The notes under the pieces are model-generated. The model ran no database searches and had not been told where the DNA came from. It saw only the letters and a list, made by a program, of their open reading frames with translations. From the UHGV virus genome UHGV-0200595: DNA of 22,035 bases; one strand, written 5' to 3'. Every line of letters starts with the position of its first letter. Positions within the stretch are counted from its first letter, which is position 1. The DNA is from a virus. This document shows, piece by piece, positions 5,932 to 14,670 of the stretch. The position numbers were made by a program, and so were the translations under genes.

Positions 5932-6775
5932 TGATTTTTGCGCATTTATTCTGACCCACGGACGGCCGGATAATGTGCTGACATACCGCACTCTGCGCCG
6001 GGCGGGTTACACCGGAAAAATATATATCGTTGTTGATGACGAGGATAAGACCCGGCAGCAGTATATTCAGGCGTTTGGCGATCAGGTGCTGGTATTTTCT
6101 AAAACGGATATTGCCAGCCGCTTCGATGAAGCAGACAACTTTGGCGACCGTCGCTCAATCTTTTATGCCAGGAATGCCTGTCCGGACCTGGCAAAAAAGG
6201 TTGGGTGTAAATATTACATCCAGCTCGATGACGACTATCACGAGTTCCAGTTTCGGGTGGATCGCAACTATGACCAGGCCTATTTCCCGATAAGGAAACT
6301 GGATGAGATCCTTTCTGAAATGCTGGCGTATTACGAATCAATACCTGCGCTTTCCATCGCTATGGCGCAGGGTGGTGATTTTCTTGGTGACAATGGCGGC
6401 CACGCCGCATGGGTGAAACGGAAGGCGATGAACAGTTTTATCTGTTCCGTTGAGCGACCGTTTTCATTCGTGGGGCGCATTAACGAGGACGTGAACACAT
6501 ACACGAACCTCGGACGGTGCGGCGAACTGTTTATGACAGTGGGGGCTGTGCAGTTGGGCCAGAAGCAGACGCAGAAAAACAGCGGCGGCATGACTGAACT
6601 GTATCTGGATTCTGGTACCTACGTTAAAAGTTTTTACTCCGTCATGTATGCGCCGTCGTGCGTGAAAATCGCACTGATGGGCGCCAGCCATAAACGCATT
6701 CACCATCAGGTCACCTGGAACAACGCTGCAGTAAAAATCCTTCACGAAAAATATAGGAAGAAGACACCCTGCTAA
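5924..6775 (+). CDS. GT-A fold (GT2-like) glycosyltransferase-like protein
   Basis: N-terminal beta-strand and loop FILTHGRPD, DxD-type motif QLDDDY (6227-6235), and an ED motif GRINEDVN (6485-6490) about 85 aa later, as in GT2 enzymes. The start ATG at 5924 follows GGAGGAGG and overlaps the ParB-like stop by 8 nt. An ATG at 5903 is an alternative start. Confidence 0.6.
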   Translation: MRDDFCAFILTHGRPDNVLTYRTLRRAGYTGKIYIVVDDEDKTRQQYIQAFGDQVLVFSKTDIASRFDEADNFGDRRSIFYARNACPDLAKKVGCKYYIQLDDDYHEFQFRVDRNYDQAYFPIRKLDEILSEMLAYYESIPALSIAMAQGGDFLGDNGGHAAWVKRKAMNSFICSVERPFSFVGRINEDVNTYTNLGRCGELFMTVGAVQLGQKQTQKNSGGMTELYLDSGTYVKSFYSVMYAPSCVKIALMGASHKRIHHQVTWNNAAVKILHEKYRKKTPC

Positions 6776-6792
6776 CAACAAGGGGGTGATAA

Positions 6793-7044
6793 GTGATTCC
6801 GTATCAAAAAGTTGAGTCTCTGGCTGCGTGCCGTATGACACCGCAGCAGATAGCCGATGCTCTCGATATCGACCTGGATGAGCTGAAACAGGATCGGGAA
6901 TGCCTCGGAAAATTTTATAAGTACATCAGAAAAGGAAGAGCCAAAGGCGAAGCCGAACTGAGGGCTGCGCTGTTCAAGCGTGCCCGGAAAGGCGATGCCT
7001 TTGCCCTGCGCGAATTACTCAAGGTGGATAAAAATCAGGACTAA
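6793..7044 (+). CDS. Small HTH-like protein preceding the terminase genes
   Basis: 83 aa from a GTG start; an internal Met at MTPQQIADAL is an alternative. The helix-turn-helix-like MTPQQIADALDID is followed by a basic helical tail. Position is immediately 5' of terS. Confidence 0.55.
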   Translation: MIPYQKVESLAACRMTPQQIADALDIDLDELKQDRECLGKFYKYIRKGRAKGEAELRAALFKRARKGDAFALRELLKVDKNQD

Positions 7045-7047
7045 CTG

Positions 7048-8127
7048 ATGAGCAGACAGGACTGGGTTGCATTGCGGCAGGAGTACATCGCTGAATACAC
7101 CCGATCCGGCATATCCCAGGAAGAATGGTGTAAAGCGAAGGGATTAAATTACAACACTGCTCGCCGCTACCTGAAAAAACCAACCAATGATACGCAAACC
7201 GAAGTGCGCAAAACTGCGCAAAAAGGTGCGCAAAAGAAAACTGCGCAAACTGCGCAAAAGCGAACCGACAAAACAGGGAAGAAAAAATCCAGAGTGATGG
7301 TTTCTCCCGTTGCAGAAAACGACCAGGAAATTTCATTCGATCCCGATGAATTCGGCATTTCAGACCAGCAGGCGAAGTTTGCGATGCTGGTTGCTCAGGG
7401 TAAAAACCTCATCGAAGCATACCGCCTGGCTGGGTATAAATCTGAGGGGAATGCGGCGAGCGCCGGGGCAAGCCAGTTATTAAGAAATACTAAGGTTTAT
7501 CGCGCCATCTCCTGGTTCCGTAATCAGTACCAGAAACGTTACACCGCTGACCTCGATTTACTGGTGGGCCAGCTTATGTCCATTGTCATGGCTGACCCGA
7601 ACGAACTGGCACAATTTCGGCGTGTTAACTGCCGTTATTGTTGGGGTGAAAATCACCTCTATCAGTGGCGTGATATAGAGGAGTTCGACAAAGCCGCAGA
7701 GAAGGCCAGCAAGGACGGTAAGCCTGTGCCTGAGTACGGTGGCCTCGGATTCGTTGATAACGCCATACCCAATCCGGACTGCCCGAAATGCTGCGGTGAG
7801 GGGCGGGGTGAAATCCATATTGCCGATACCACCATGCTTGATGGCGATGCGCGACTGCTTTACGCCGGGGCTAAGTACGGGAAATTCGGCGTCGAAATAC
7901 TGATGGAGGACAAGGGTGCAGCGCGCCGCGAACTTCTGAAGTATCTGGCGACGGTGAAAAAAACGTTGCCGGAAAATGGTGAAGGATCTGCAAATACGGA
8001 TCTGGATGATGAATGGAAACGCCTTCGCAATGAAAAACTGCGCACCGAGATTGAGAATCTCAAGAAAGGCGCTGGTGGCGCTATCCCGATTGAAACATCA
8101 ACGATGAGCACTTTATTCGGAAAATGA
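7048..8127 (+). CDS. Terminase small subunit (P27/Terminase_2-like core) with an N-terminal HTH and a C-terminal CxxC...CxxC region
   Basis: The core ISDQQAKFAMLVAQGKNLIEAYRLAGYKSEGNAASAGASQLLRNTKV resembles Terminase_2 small subunits. It is directly upstream of terL and overlaps it. Confidence 0.8.
   Translation: MSRQDWVALRQEYIAEYTRSGISQEEWCKAKGLNYNTARRYLKKPTNDTQTEVRKTAQKGAQKKTAQTAQKRTDKTGKKKSRVMVSPVAENDQEISFDPDEFGISDQQAKFAMLVAQGKNLIEAYRLAGYKSEGNAASAGASQLLRNTKVYRAISWFRNQYQKRYTADLDLLVGQLMSIVMADPNELAQFRRVNCRYCWGENHLYQWRDIEEFDKAAEKASKDGKPVPEYGGLGFVDNAIPNPDCPKCCGEGRGEIHIADTTMLDGDARLLYAGAKYGKFGVEILMEDKGAARRELLKYLATVKKTLPENGEGSANTDLDDEWKRLRNEKLRTEIENLKKGAGGAIPIETSTMSTLFGK
7191..7258. repeat. Array of the octamer TGCGCAAA inside terS
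   Basis: Perfect copies start at 7205, 7215, 7227, 7242 and 7251. There is a 7/8 copy (TACGCAAA) at 7191. All copies are in the same orientation. Confidence 0.85.
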
Positions 8128-9539
8128 CCTCGATTAACCCAATCTTTGAACCGTTCATTGAGGCGCATCGCTACAAAGTCGCCAAGGGAGGCCGGGGTAG
8201 CGGTAAGTCATGGGCTATTGCAAGACTGCTGGTTGAAGCATCGCGTCGACAGCCGGTACGCATCCTGTGCGCTCGTGAACTGCAAAACAGCATCAGCGAC
8301 TCGGTAATCCGCTTGCTTGACGACACTATAGTGCGTGAAGGGTATTCGGCAGAGTTCGAAATACAGCGTTCTATGATTCGCCATCTCGGAACCAATGCTG
8401 AATTCATGTTCTACGGCATCAAAAACAACCCGACGAAAATTAAATCGCTCGAAGGTATTGATATTTGCTGGGTGGAAGAAGCAGAAGCGGTAACGAAGGA
8501 ATCATGGGATATCCTGATACCAACCATCCGCAAGCCGTTCTCTGAAATATGGGTGAGCTTTAACCCGAAGAACATCCTCGACGATACCTACCAGCGATTC
8601 GTCGTAAATCCTCCAGATGATATTTGTTTGCTGACGGTTAACTACACCGACAATCCTCACTTTCCCGAAGTTCTCCGGCTGGAGATGGAAGAGTGCAAAC
8701 GCAGAAATCCGACACTGTATCGTCATATCTGGCTGGGTGAGCCGGTAAGCGCAAGTGATATGGCAATCATCAAACGTGAATGGCTTGAAGCTGCAACCGA
8801 TGCACACAAGAAACTCGGATGGAAAGCGAAAGGCGCGGTTGTTTCTGCGCATGACCCATCAGATACAGGGCCAGATGCTAAAGGTTACGCGTCCCGCCAC
8901 GGTTCGGTTGTTAAGCGGATTGCTGAAGGTCTGTTGATGGACATCAACGAAGGCGCTGACTGGGCTACATCGCTGGCTATTGAAGATGGCTCAGACCATT
9001 ACTTGTGGGATGGCGATGGCATTGGTGCTGGTCTTCGCAGGCAGACAACTGAAGCGTTCTCCGGCAAAAAAATTACCGCAACGATGTTCAAGGGTAGCGA
9101 GTCGCCATTCGATGAAGATGCACTATATCAGGCCGGAGCATGGGCCGATGAAGTCGTGCAGGGTGACAACGTTCGCACTATTGGTGATGTGTTCCGCAAT
9201 AAGCGAGCGCAATTTTATTACGCGCTGGCTGACAGGCTGTATCTGACATATCGGGCGGTTGTCTACGGTGAGTATGCAGACCCCGACGACATGCTGAGTT
9301 TCGACAAAGAAGCGATAGGCGAGAAGATGCTGGAGAAGCTGTTTGCAGAACTGACGCAGATTCAGCGCAAATTCAATAACAACGGGAAGCTGGAGCTTAT
9401 GACTAAGGTCGAAATGAAGCAGAAGCTCGGTATTCCATCTCCTAACCTGGCTGATGCACTGATGATGTGTATGCATTGCCCTGAGCTGGCAGCGCAACCT
9501 GACTATTCCAGTTACTCAATTCCTTGTGGTGTAGGTTGA
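8124..9539 (+). CDS. Terminase large subunit (PBSX/Sf6 gp2-like)
   Basis: Walker A KGGRGSGKS near the N-terminus, WVEEAE Walker B-like motif, 471 aa. It lies between terS and the portal gene. Confidence 0.95.
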   Translation: MTSINPIFEPFIEAHRYKVAKGGRGSGKSWAIARLLVEASRRQPVRILCARELQNSISDSVIRLLDDTIVREGYSAEFEIQRSMIRHLGTNAEFMFYGIKNNPTKIKSLEGIDICWVEEAEAVTKESWDILIPTIRKPFSEIWVSFNPKNILDDTYQRFVVNPPDDICLLTVNYTDNPHFPEVLRLEMEECKRRNPTLYRHIWLGEPVSASDMAIIKREWLEAATDAHKKLGWKAKGAVVSAHDPSDTGPDAKGYASRHGSVVKRIAEGLLMDINEGADWATSLAIEDGSDHYLWDGDGIGAGLRRQTTEAFSGKKITATMFKGSESPFDEDALYQAGAWADEVVQGDNVRTIGDVFRNKRAQFYYALADRLYLTYRAVVYGEYADPDDMLSFDKEAIGEKMLEKLFAELTQIQRKFNNNGKLELMTKVEMKQKLGIPSPNLADALMMCMHCPELAAQPDYSSYSIPCGVG

Positions 9540-9540
9540 T

Positions 9541-11739
9541 ATGGCAGAAAAAAAGATGACTGAATGGCATCGCAGAGTGCTACGCAACTTCGATAAAGCC
9601 TGGTCAGCAACGCAGGATATGCGAAAACAAATTGTCACGGCGCAGCGATTTGTCAGGGTATCCGGTGCCCAGTGGGAGGGCAGTACTAATGCGGGATATT
9701 CTTTTGATGAGGGGCGATTTGAGCATTACCCGCGCTTTGAATTGAATAAAATTGCTCGTGAGTGTGATCGCATCATTGGCGAGTATCGCCAGAACCGTAT
9801 CAGCGTTAAATTCAGGCCGAAGGATGATAAAGCGTCAGAAGCATTGGCTGAGAAGATGAACGGTAAGTTCCGCGCCGATTATCAGGAAACATCCGGTGGA
9901 GAGGCGTGTGATAACGCGTTTGATGATGCTGTAACGGGGGGATTTGGCTGCTTCCGTATGTGTGCTGACTACGAAGATGAGATGGACCCGAGTAATGAGC
10001 AGCGACGCATCAGCCTTCTCCCTGTTTACGACCCAGCGACATGCGTCTTCTTCGATCAGGACAGCAAGCAATATGACCGCTCTGATGCTATGTGGGCTAT
10101 GGAAATGTTCTCCATGACGCCCAAAGCGTTCGAGGCTGAGTATCCTGATTCCATCGCTGCGAGTCTCTCACGTGACGACACTGGCACACAATATGACTGG
10201 TCGACACCAGATGCTATTTATGTTGGGCGCTATTACGAAGTTCGTATTGAGAAGGTCAGGCTCACCGCATGGCGCAACACGGTTAGTGGAGAAACGGCAA
10301 TCTATGATGAGGAGCAAATCAAAGACATTGTCGATGAGTTAACTGATGGTGCTTTTGAAATAATTGGTGAGCGCACGGTGAAGAAACGCCGTGTCTATTG
10401 CGGCCTACTGTCAGGTGCTGAATGGCTGGATGAACCCAAGCGTATCCCAGGTGAGCATATCCCACTTATTCCGGTCTATGGTCGCCGCTCATTTGTTGAT
10501 AATCAGGAGCGCATTGAAGGTCATGCAGCAAAAGCGATGGATGCGCAACGTCTTGAGAACCTGATGGTTTCCATGATTGCAGATAACGCTACCCAGGCTG
10601 GCGGCGATGGTATCCCTATCGTGGATGTTGATTTTATTCCTGGTCCTTTAATGAATCACTGGGCAGAGAGGAATAAGAACAGGCCAGCTGTTCTACCCAT
10701 GACCAGTAAGAAGGACAAAAACGGAGCAATTATTTCACAGGCTCAGGTAGCCGGATGGACTCCTCCAACTCAGATGCCTCCTGCTCTTGCCGGACTGTTG
10801 CAGTACACCGGGACAGCTATTCAGCAAATTACAGGTGCGTCGCAGCTTGAGAACATGCCGAGCAACGTTGCTACCGATACCGTTGATAGCATCTTTAACC
10901 GGATGGACACGCAGTCCTATATCTACATGGACAACATGGCTAAATCCATGCGCCGCGCTGGCGTCGTGTGGCTTTCTATGGCGCGTGAAGTCTATGGCAG
11001 CGATACGCCGATGCGTATCGTTAATGAGGACGGCAGCGATGATGTGGCACTGATGACTGGCGAAGTGGTTGACCGCCAGACAGGGCAGGTTATTGCGCTA
11101 AATGACCTGTCGCATGGCAACTATGAAGTTACTGTCGATGTCGGTCAGTCATTCGCCACTCGCCGTGATGCGACAGTTAAGTCGTTACTTTCCATGCTGT
11201 CACTTATTCCGCCAGGAACACCGAAACATGACCTGGTGTCTTCCATGATTCTCGACAACATGGATGGCGAGGGTATTGATGACCTGAAAGAGTTCAACCG
11301 AAATCAGTTGCTTCTGTCTGGCGTTATTAAGCCACGAACACCCGAAGAGCAGCAAATGGTTGAACAAGCCAGACAGCAACAGGCAAGCCAGCCTGACCCG
11401 GCAATGTTGGCTGCACAAGGTCAGTTCCTTGCAGGACAAGCGGAATTGCAAAGAGCGCAGAACGAACAGGCAGCCATTCAGGTTAAAGCATTCCAGGCTC
11501 AAACAGATGCACAGGTTGCAGCGGCAAACGTTGTGAAAATCCTTGCATCTGCCGATAGCCAGCAGAAGTCTGATATCCGTGAGGCTCTGAAACTCCTCGG
11601 ACAGTTCCAGCAACAGCAAGGAGACAATGCCCGTGCTGATGCAGAGCTTGTTTTGAAGGGGCAGGCACAAGGGCATGCACAGCGCATGGATATCAGCAGC
11701 ATCCTGCAAAAAACCACGCATCAACAACCACAGCAGTAA
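9541..11739 (+). CDS. Portal protein (P22 gp1-like) with a Gln-rich C-terminal barrel
   Basis: Blocks matching recalled P22 gp1: KKRRVY, GEHIPLIPVYG, PEEQQ..., DPAMLAAQGQFLAGQAELQRAQNEQ, ELVLKGQAQGHAQRMDI. The protein is 732 aa. Confidence 0.95.
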   Translation: MAEKKMTEWHRRVLRNFDKAWSATQDMRKQIVTAQRFVRVSGAQWEGSTNAGYSFDEGRFEHYPRFELNKIARECDRIIGEYRQNRISVKFRPKDDKASEALAEKMNGKFRADYQETSGGEACDNAFDDAVTGGFGCFRMCADYEDEMDPSNEQRRISLLPVYDPATCVFFDQDSKQYDRSDAMWAMEMFSMTPKAFEAEYPDSIAASLSRDDTGTQYDWSTPDAIYVGRYYEVRIEKVRLTAWRNTVSGETAIYDEEQIKDIVDELTDGAFEIIGERTVKKRRVYCGLLSGAEWLDEPKRIPGEHIPLIPVYGRRSFVDNQERIEGHAAKAMDAQRLENLMVSMIADNATQAGGDGIPIVDVDFIPGPLMNHWAERNKNRPAVLPMTSKKDKNGAIISQAQVAGWTPPTQMPPALAGLLQYTGTAIQQITGASQLENMPSNVATDTVDSIFNRMDTQSYIYMDNMAKSMRRAGVVWLSMAREVYGSDTPMRIVNEDGSDDVALMTGEVVDRQTGQVIALNDLSHGNYEVTVDVGQSFATRRDATVKSLLSMLSLIPPGTPKHDLVSSMILDNMDGEGIDDLKEFNRNQLLLSGVIKPRTPEEQQMVEQARQQQASQPDPAMLAAQGQFLAGQAELQRAQNEQAAIQVKAFQAQTDAQVAAANVVKILASADSQQKSDIREALKLLGQFQQQQGDNARADAELVLKGQAQGHAQRMDISSILQKTTHQQPQQ

Positions 11740-11829
11740 TTAACCCATAACGTGCAATGGCTGTCTTTATGAGGCCGGGCACCCTATTGCCTTCCGATGG
11801 GCTGAACATCGAGTAAACAGGGGTAACAA

Positions 11830-12723
11830 ATGGACCAGATGGCAGAAAACACACCAGAAGTTGAAATCGAAACCGACACGTCAGAGCAGATCCCTGACGA
11901 TGTTGAACTGGCTGAAGAAGTCGAAACAGAAGATGACGGTGAGTCCTCCGGCGATGATGCAGAGGAAGTTGCTGAATCTGATGACGACGAATCAGAGCAG
12001 GAATTCTACTTTGGTGACGAAAAGCTGGATTCGCCAACCAGCGAGGATGGGGCAGGGCATGGACTGGTAAAACATCTGCGCAGGACGATTAAAGAGAAAG
12101 ACCGTGAGCTAAAAGAGCTAATGCGTCAGTCTCAGAAACCCGTCGAGCAGCAGCCGGTAATCACTCAACCACCGCGAATGCCAAAAATGGATGATGAGGA
12201 CATCGGTTTCGATGAAGAACTCTACCAGCAACGCATGGCTAAGTGGGCAGAGGACAACGGCAGATACCAGCAACAGGAGATGGCCCGTAAGCAGCAGGAA
12301 CAGGCGTTTCAGGCTGCCTATCAGGACCGGGTATCTAAATATCAGCAACGAGTAAAGAGCCTCAAAGTTCCCGGATATCAGGAAGCTGAACAGGCCGTGC
12401 TTGATGAAATACCTATCGAGACACAAAACGCGATCCTGTTTGAGTCAGAAAAGCCGGAAATCGTTGTTCTGGCACTTGGTCGCAACGCTGAACTGCGCAA
12501 GCAACTGGCTGAAGCCACCAACCCCGTAGCAATTGGTCGTCTGCTGGAACGTATCGAATCGAAAGCCAGAATCATGCCAAAAGCAAAAACCGCAGCCGCC
12601 ACAACCCCGACAGTCAAGGGGAGCAACGGCGCACTTATTAATAACCTCGACAAACTGAAAGCCAGGGCGCGAGAAACGGGGGACTGGACGCCGTATTTCG
12701 CCGCTAAAAAGGCAAAAAAATAA
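11830..12723 (+). CDS. Scaffolding protein (P22 gp8-like)
   Basis: 297 aa with an acidic N-terminus, a helical and charged middle, and a basic C-terminal helix-turn-helix-like tail (GDWTPYFAAKKAKK). It lies between the portal and coat genes. Confidence 0.8.
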   Translation: MDQMAENTPEVEIETDTSEQIPDDVELAEEVETEDDGESSGDDAEEVAESDDDESEQEFYFGDEKLDSPTSEDGAGHGLVKHLRRTIKEKDRELKELMRQSQKPVEQQPVITQPPRMPKMDDEDIGFDEELYQQRMAKWAEDNGRYQQQEMARKQQEQAFQAAYQDRVSKYQQRVKSLKVPGYQEAEQAVLDEIPIETQNAILFESEKPEIVVLALGRNAELRKQLAEATNPVAIGRLLERIESKARIMPKAKTAAATTPTVKGSNGALINNLDKLKARARETGDWTPYFAAKKAKK

Positions 12724-12741
12724 CTTATCGGAGCATTAAGC

Positions 12742-13995
12742 ATGGCTAACCAATTAGTAAAAGATCTGGAGATCATGTTCGAAAACTACATTGAAGGCTT
12801 TGAGGCCGCCTGCGTAGTTTCCCGTAACGCTAAAAAATTCCGCCCCGGTGATACTGTAATGCAGCGGGCCGGTGATGTCCTGTATCGTCCTCAGCATTAC
12901 CACATGAATATTGAGGAAGGTCTGGACCTCAGCGGCAAAACACCCACCGCGCTGGTTCAGCGTTTGGTTCCTTCTGTGTTCAAGGAGCCGAAAAACATTC
13001 TGTACACTCTGGATGCACGTGAAATGCGCGACCCTGAACATAAAACAGAGGCTGGTCGTGCTGCTGGTATGCGTCTTGCTGCACAGATTGACTCTGACAT
13101 TATCTCCATGGTCACGCAACGTGCTACCAACGTGCTTTCGATGGCAGACTCAACTACAGGTACGCAGGGGCGTGATTTGTGGAACTGTGCGGCTGGTATT
13201 GATGCCATTATGACAGCAATCGGTGTACCGCAGGGTATCAACCGTCGCTCTTTCTGGAACCCCTTCAACTACAAAGACCTTGCTGGCGAGCTTGGTCACC
13301 GTGCATACGCACAGGGCACAACCCTGACTGCTTATGAGAAAGCGCAGATTCCTCCCGTTGCGTCCTTCGATAGCTACAAGACCGATATTTCTGGTCGAGT
13401 TCCGAAGGGTACAGCAACTTCCCTGACGCTGGCGGCTGAACCTGCGCACAAGGTTGAAGCGAAAGATGCCAACGATATGCCAGTGGACAACCGACAGGGG
13501 ACCATTACGGTATCTGCTGAAGGTTTGCAGGTTGGCGATGCGTTTACCATTGCAGGGGTGAATTCCGTACACCAGATCACTAAAGATACCACCGGGCAGC
13601 CGCAGGTATTCCGCGTTCTGGCAGTTAGCGGAACGATGGTAACTATCTCCCCGAAAATTCTGCCGCCTGACAACGCGGATGTCGCCAGCCGTCCATATGC
13701 CAACGTTGATGCTAACGCGGCAAGTGGCGCAGCAATCACCATTCTCAACAAGAACGCAGCACCTGCTAACCTGTTCTGGGCTGACGGTTCTGTTGAACTG
13801 ATGTACGGCAAACTGGCGTTCCCGACTGGTCAGGGGCCGCAGGTAATGACAGCAACCACTGAGCAGGGAGCAACGCTGATCATGTCTTACGCTTTCGACC
13901 ACATCAAAGGCGTAACCACAGCACGCTTCACTACCCTGTACGGTTGCTCTGTATTGGTCCCTGAATACACGGGCATCGTTATTGCCGGGCAGTAA
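12742..13995 (+). CDS. Major capsid (coat) protein, P22 gp5-like
   Basis: 417 aa at the gp5 position. Similar blocks include FTIAGVNS, NLFWADGSVEL and the C-terminal ...GIVIAGQ. Confidence 0.9.
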   Translation: MANQLVKDLEIMFENYIEGFEAACVVSRNAKKFRPGDTVMQRAGDVLYRPQHYHMNIEEGLDLSGKTPTALVQRLVPSVFKEPKNILYTLDAREMRDPEHKTEAGRAAGMRLAAQIDSDIISMVTQRATNVLSMADSTTGTQGRDLWNCAAGIDAIMTAIGVPQGINRRSFWNPFNYKDLAGELGHRAYAQGTTLTAYEKAQIPPVASFDSYKTDISGRVPKGTATSLTLAAEPAHKVEAKDANDMPVDNRQGTITVSAEGLQVGDAFTIAGVNSVHQITKDTTGQPQVFRVLAVSGTMVTISPKILPPDNADVASRPYANVDANAASGAAITILNKNAAPANLFWADGSVELMYGKLAFPTGQGPQVMTATTEQGATLIMSYAFDHIKGVTTARFTTLYGCSVLVPEYTGIVIAGQ

Positions 13996-14000
13996 TCTTA

Positions 14001-14025
14001 ATGGGGCTTCGGCCCCATTTTTATT
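14001..14025 (+). terminator. Intrinsic terminator immediately after the coat gene
   Basis: Stem ATGGGGC, TTCG tetraloop, stem GCCCCAT, then TTTTATT. Confidence 0.75.
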
Positions 14026-14036
14026 GGGAGAAGACA

Positions 14037-14225
14037 ATGGCACGAACAATGCTCTACAAGCCTGGCCGCATGATTACCTGCGGTCAGTTGGCTGTCGATT
14101 ACATCATTGTGGATGATGACGAAGTTAAATCTCATCTGAAAAAAGGGTGGGTGAGGACCCCTGAAGAAACCACTGCGAAGCAAAAAGACGCGAAGGCAGA
14201 AGAAGATGGCAAAAACAAAGGGTGA
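14037..14225 (+). CDS. Hypothetical 62-aa protein between the coat and gp4 genes
   Basis: The ATG at 14037 follows GGGAGAAG. The track start at 14001 lies inside the terminator stem. The ORF overlaps the gp4-like start by 20 nt. Confidence 0.5.
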   Translation: MARTMLYKPGRMITCGQLAVDYIIVDDDEVKSHLKKGWVRTPEETTAKQKDAKAEEDGKNKG

Positions 14226-14670
14226 TCTCGTTCTTAAGGCTTTGCGAAAAGCTGGGCTTTACTCAGAGACAACGGTGACGCTTGCTGAACCACAGGATAT
14301 CAGCAATGCGTTGATTGACCTGGAAGACATGATGGCTGCATGGCAGGCAAATGGCATTGAGCTTGGGTATAATTTTGCCCCGGATGACGAAAAACCAACG
14401 CCTCACGATGAGTCAGGACTACCTGCATGGGCTTACGAGGGAGTCTCACTTAAACTGGCCGTTCAAATGTGCATTGACAACGTTATCGTGCCTTCCGACA
14501 TCCTCCTGACCGCAGCCGACAATGCCTACCAGACAATATGTATTTCACTTACCACTATCCCCTCTCTTGCACGCCGTAGCGATATGCCACGAGGTGCTGG
14601 CAACAAAGGCGCTTTTGCCAGAAATGAGTTTTACAACGAATGCAAAACGCCTGGCACGCGAGGTGACTAA
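14206..14670 (+). CDS. Head-completion / tail adaptor protein (P22 gp4-like)
   Basis: MAKTKGDLVLKALRKAG...LEDMMAAWQANG parallels P22 gp4 (KTKGDLVRAALRKLG...LEAMMAEW). The protein is 154 aa. Confidence 0.9.
   Translation: MAKTKGDLVLKALRKAGLYSETTVTLAEPQDISNALIDLEDMMAAWQANGIELGYNFAPDDEKPTPHDESGLPAWAYEGVSLKLAVQMCIDNVIVPSDILLTAADNAYQTICISLTTIPSLARRSDMPRGAGNKGAFARNEFYNECKTPGTRGD

Noticed and set aside
11200-11727. 175-aa minus-strand ORF and its neighbours at 11483-11717
   Set aside because: They are antisense to the Gln-rich portal C-terminus. CAG/CTG-rich coding DNA keeps the opposite strand open, and the sequence is Leu/Cys-rich nonsense.
11341-11739. Gln/Ala-rich low-complexity stretch with CAG-rich DNA
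   Set aside because: It matches the known C-terminal coiled-coil barrel of P22-type portal proteins. It is not an independent repeat element.
13150-14049. 299-aa minus-strand ORF, plus a 145-aa ORF at 13374-13811
   Set aside because: Both lie entirely antisense to the well-supported P22-like coat gene. The sequences are Arg/Cys/Ser-rich, typical of shadow ORFs in a GC-balanced coding region, and there is no RBS.
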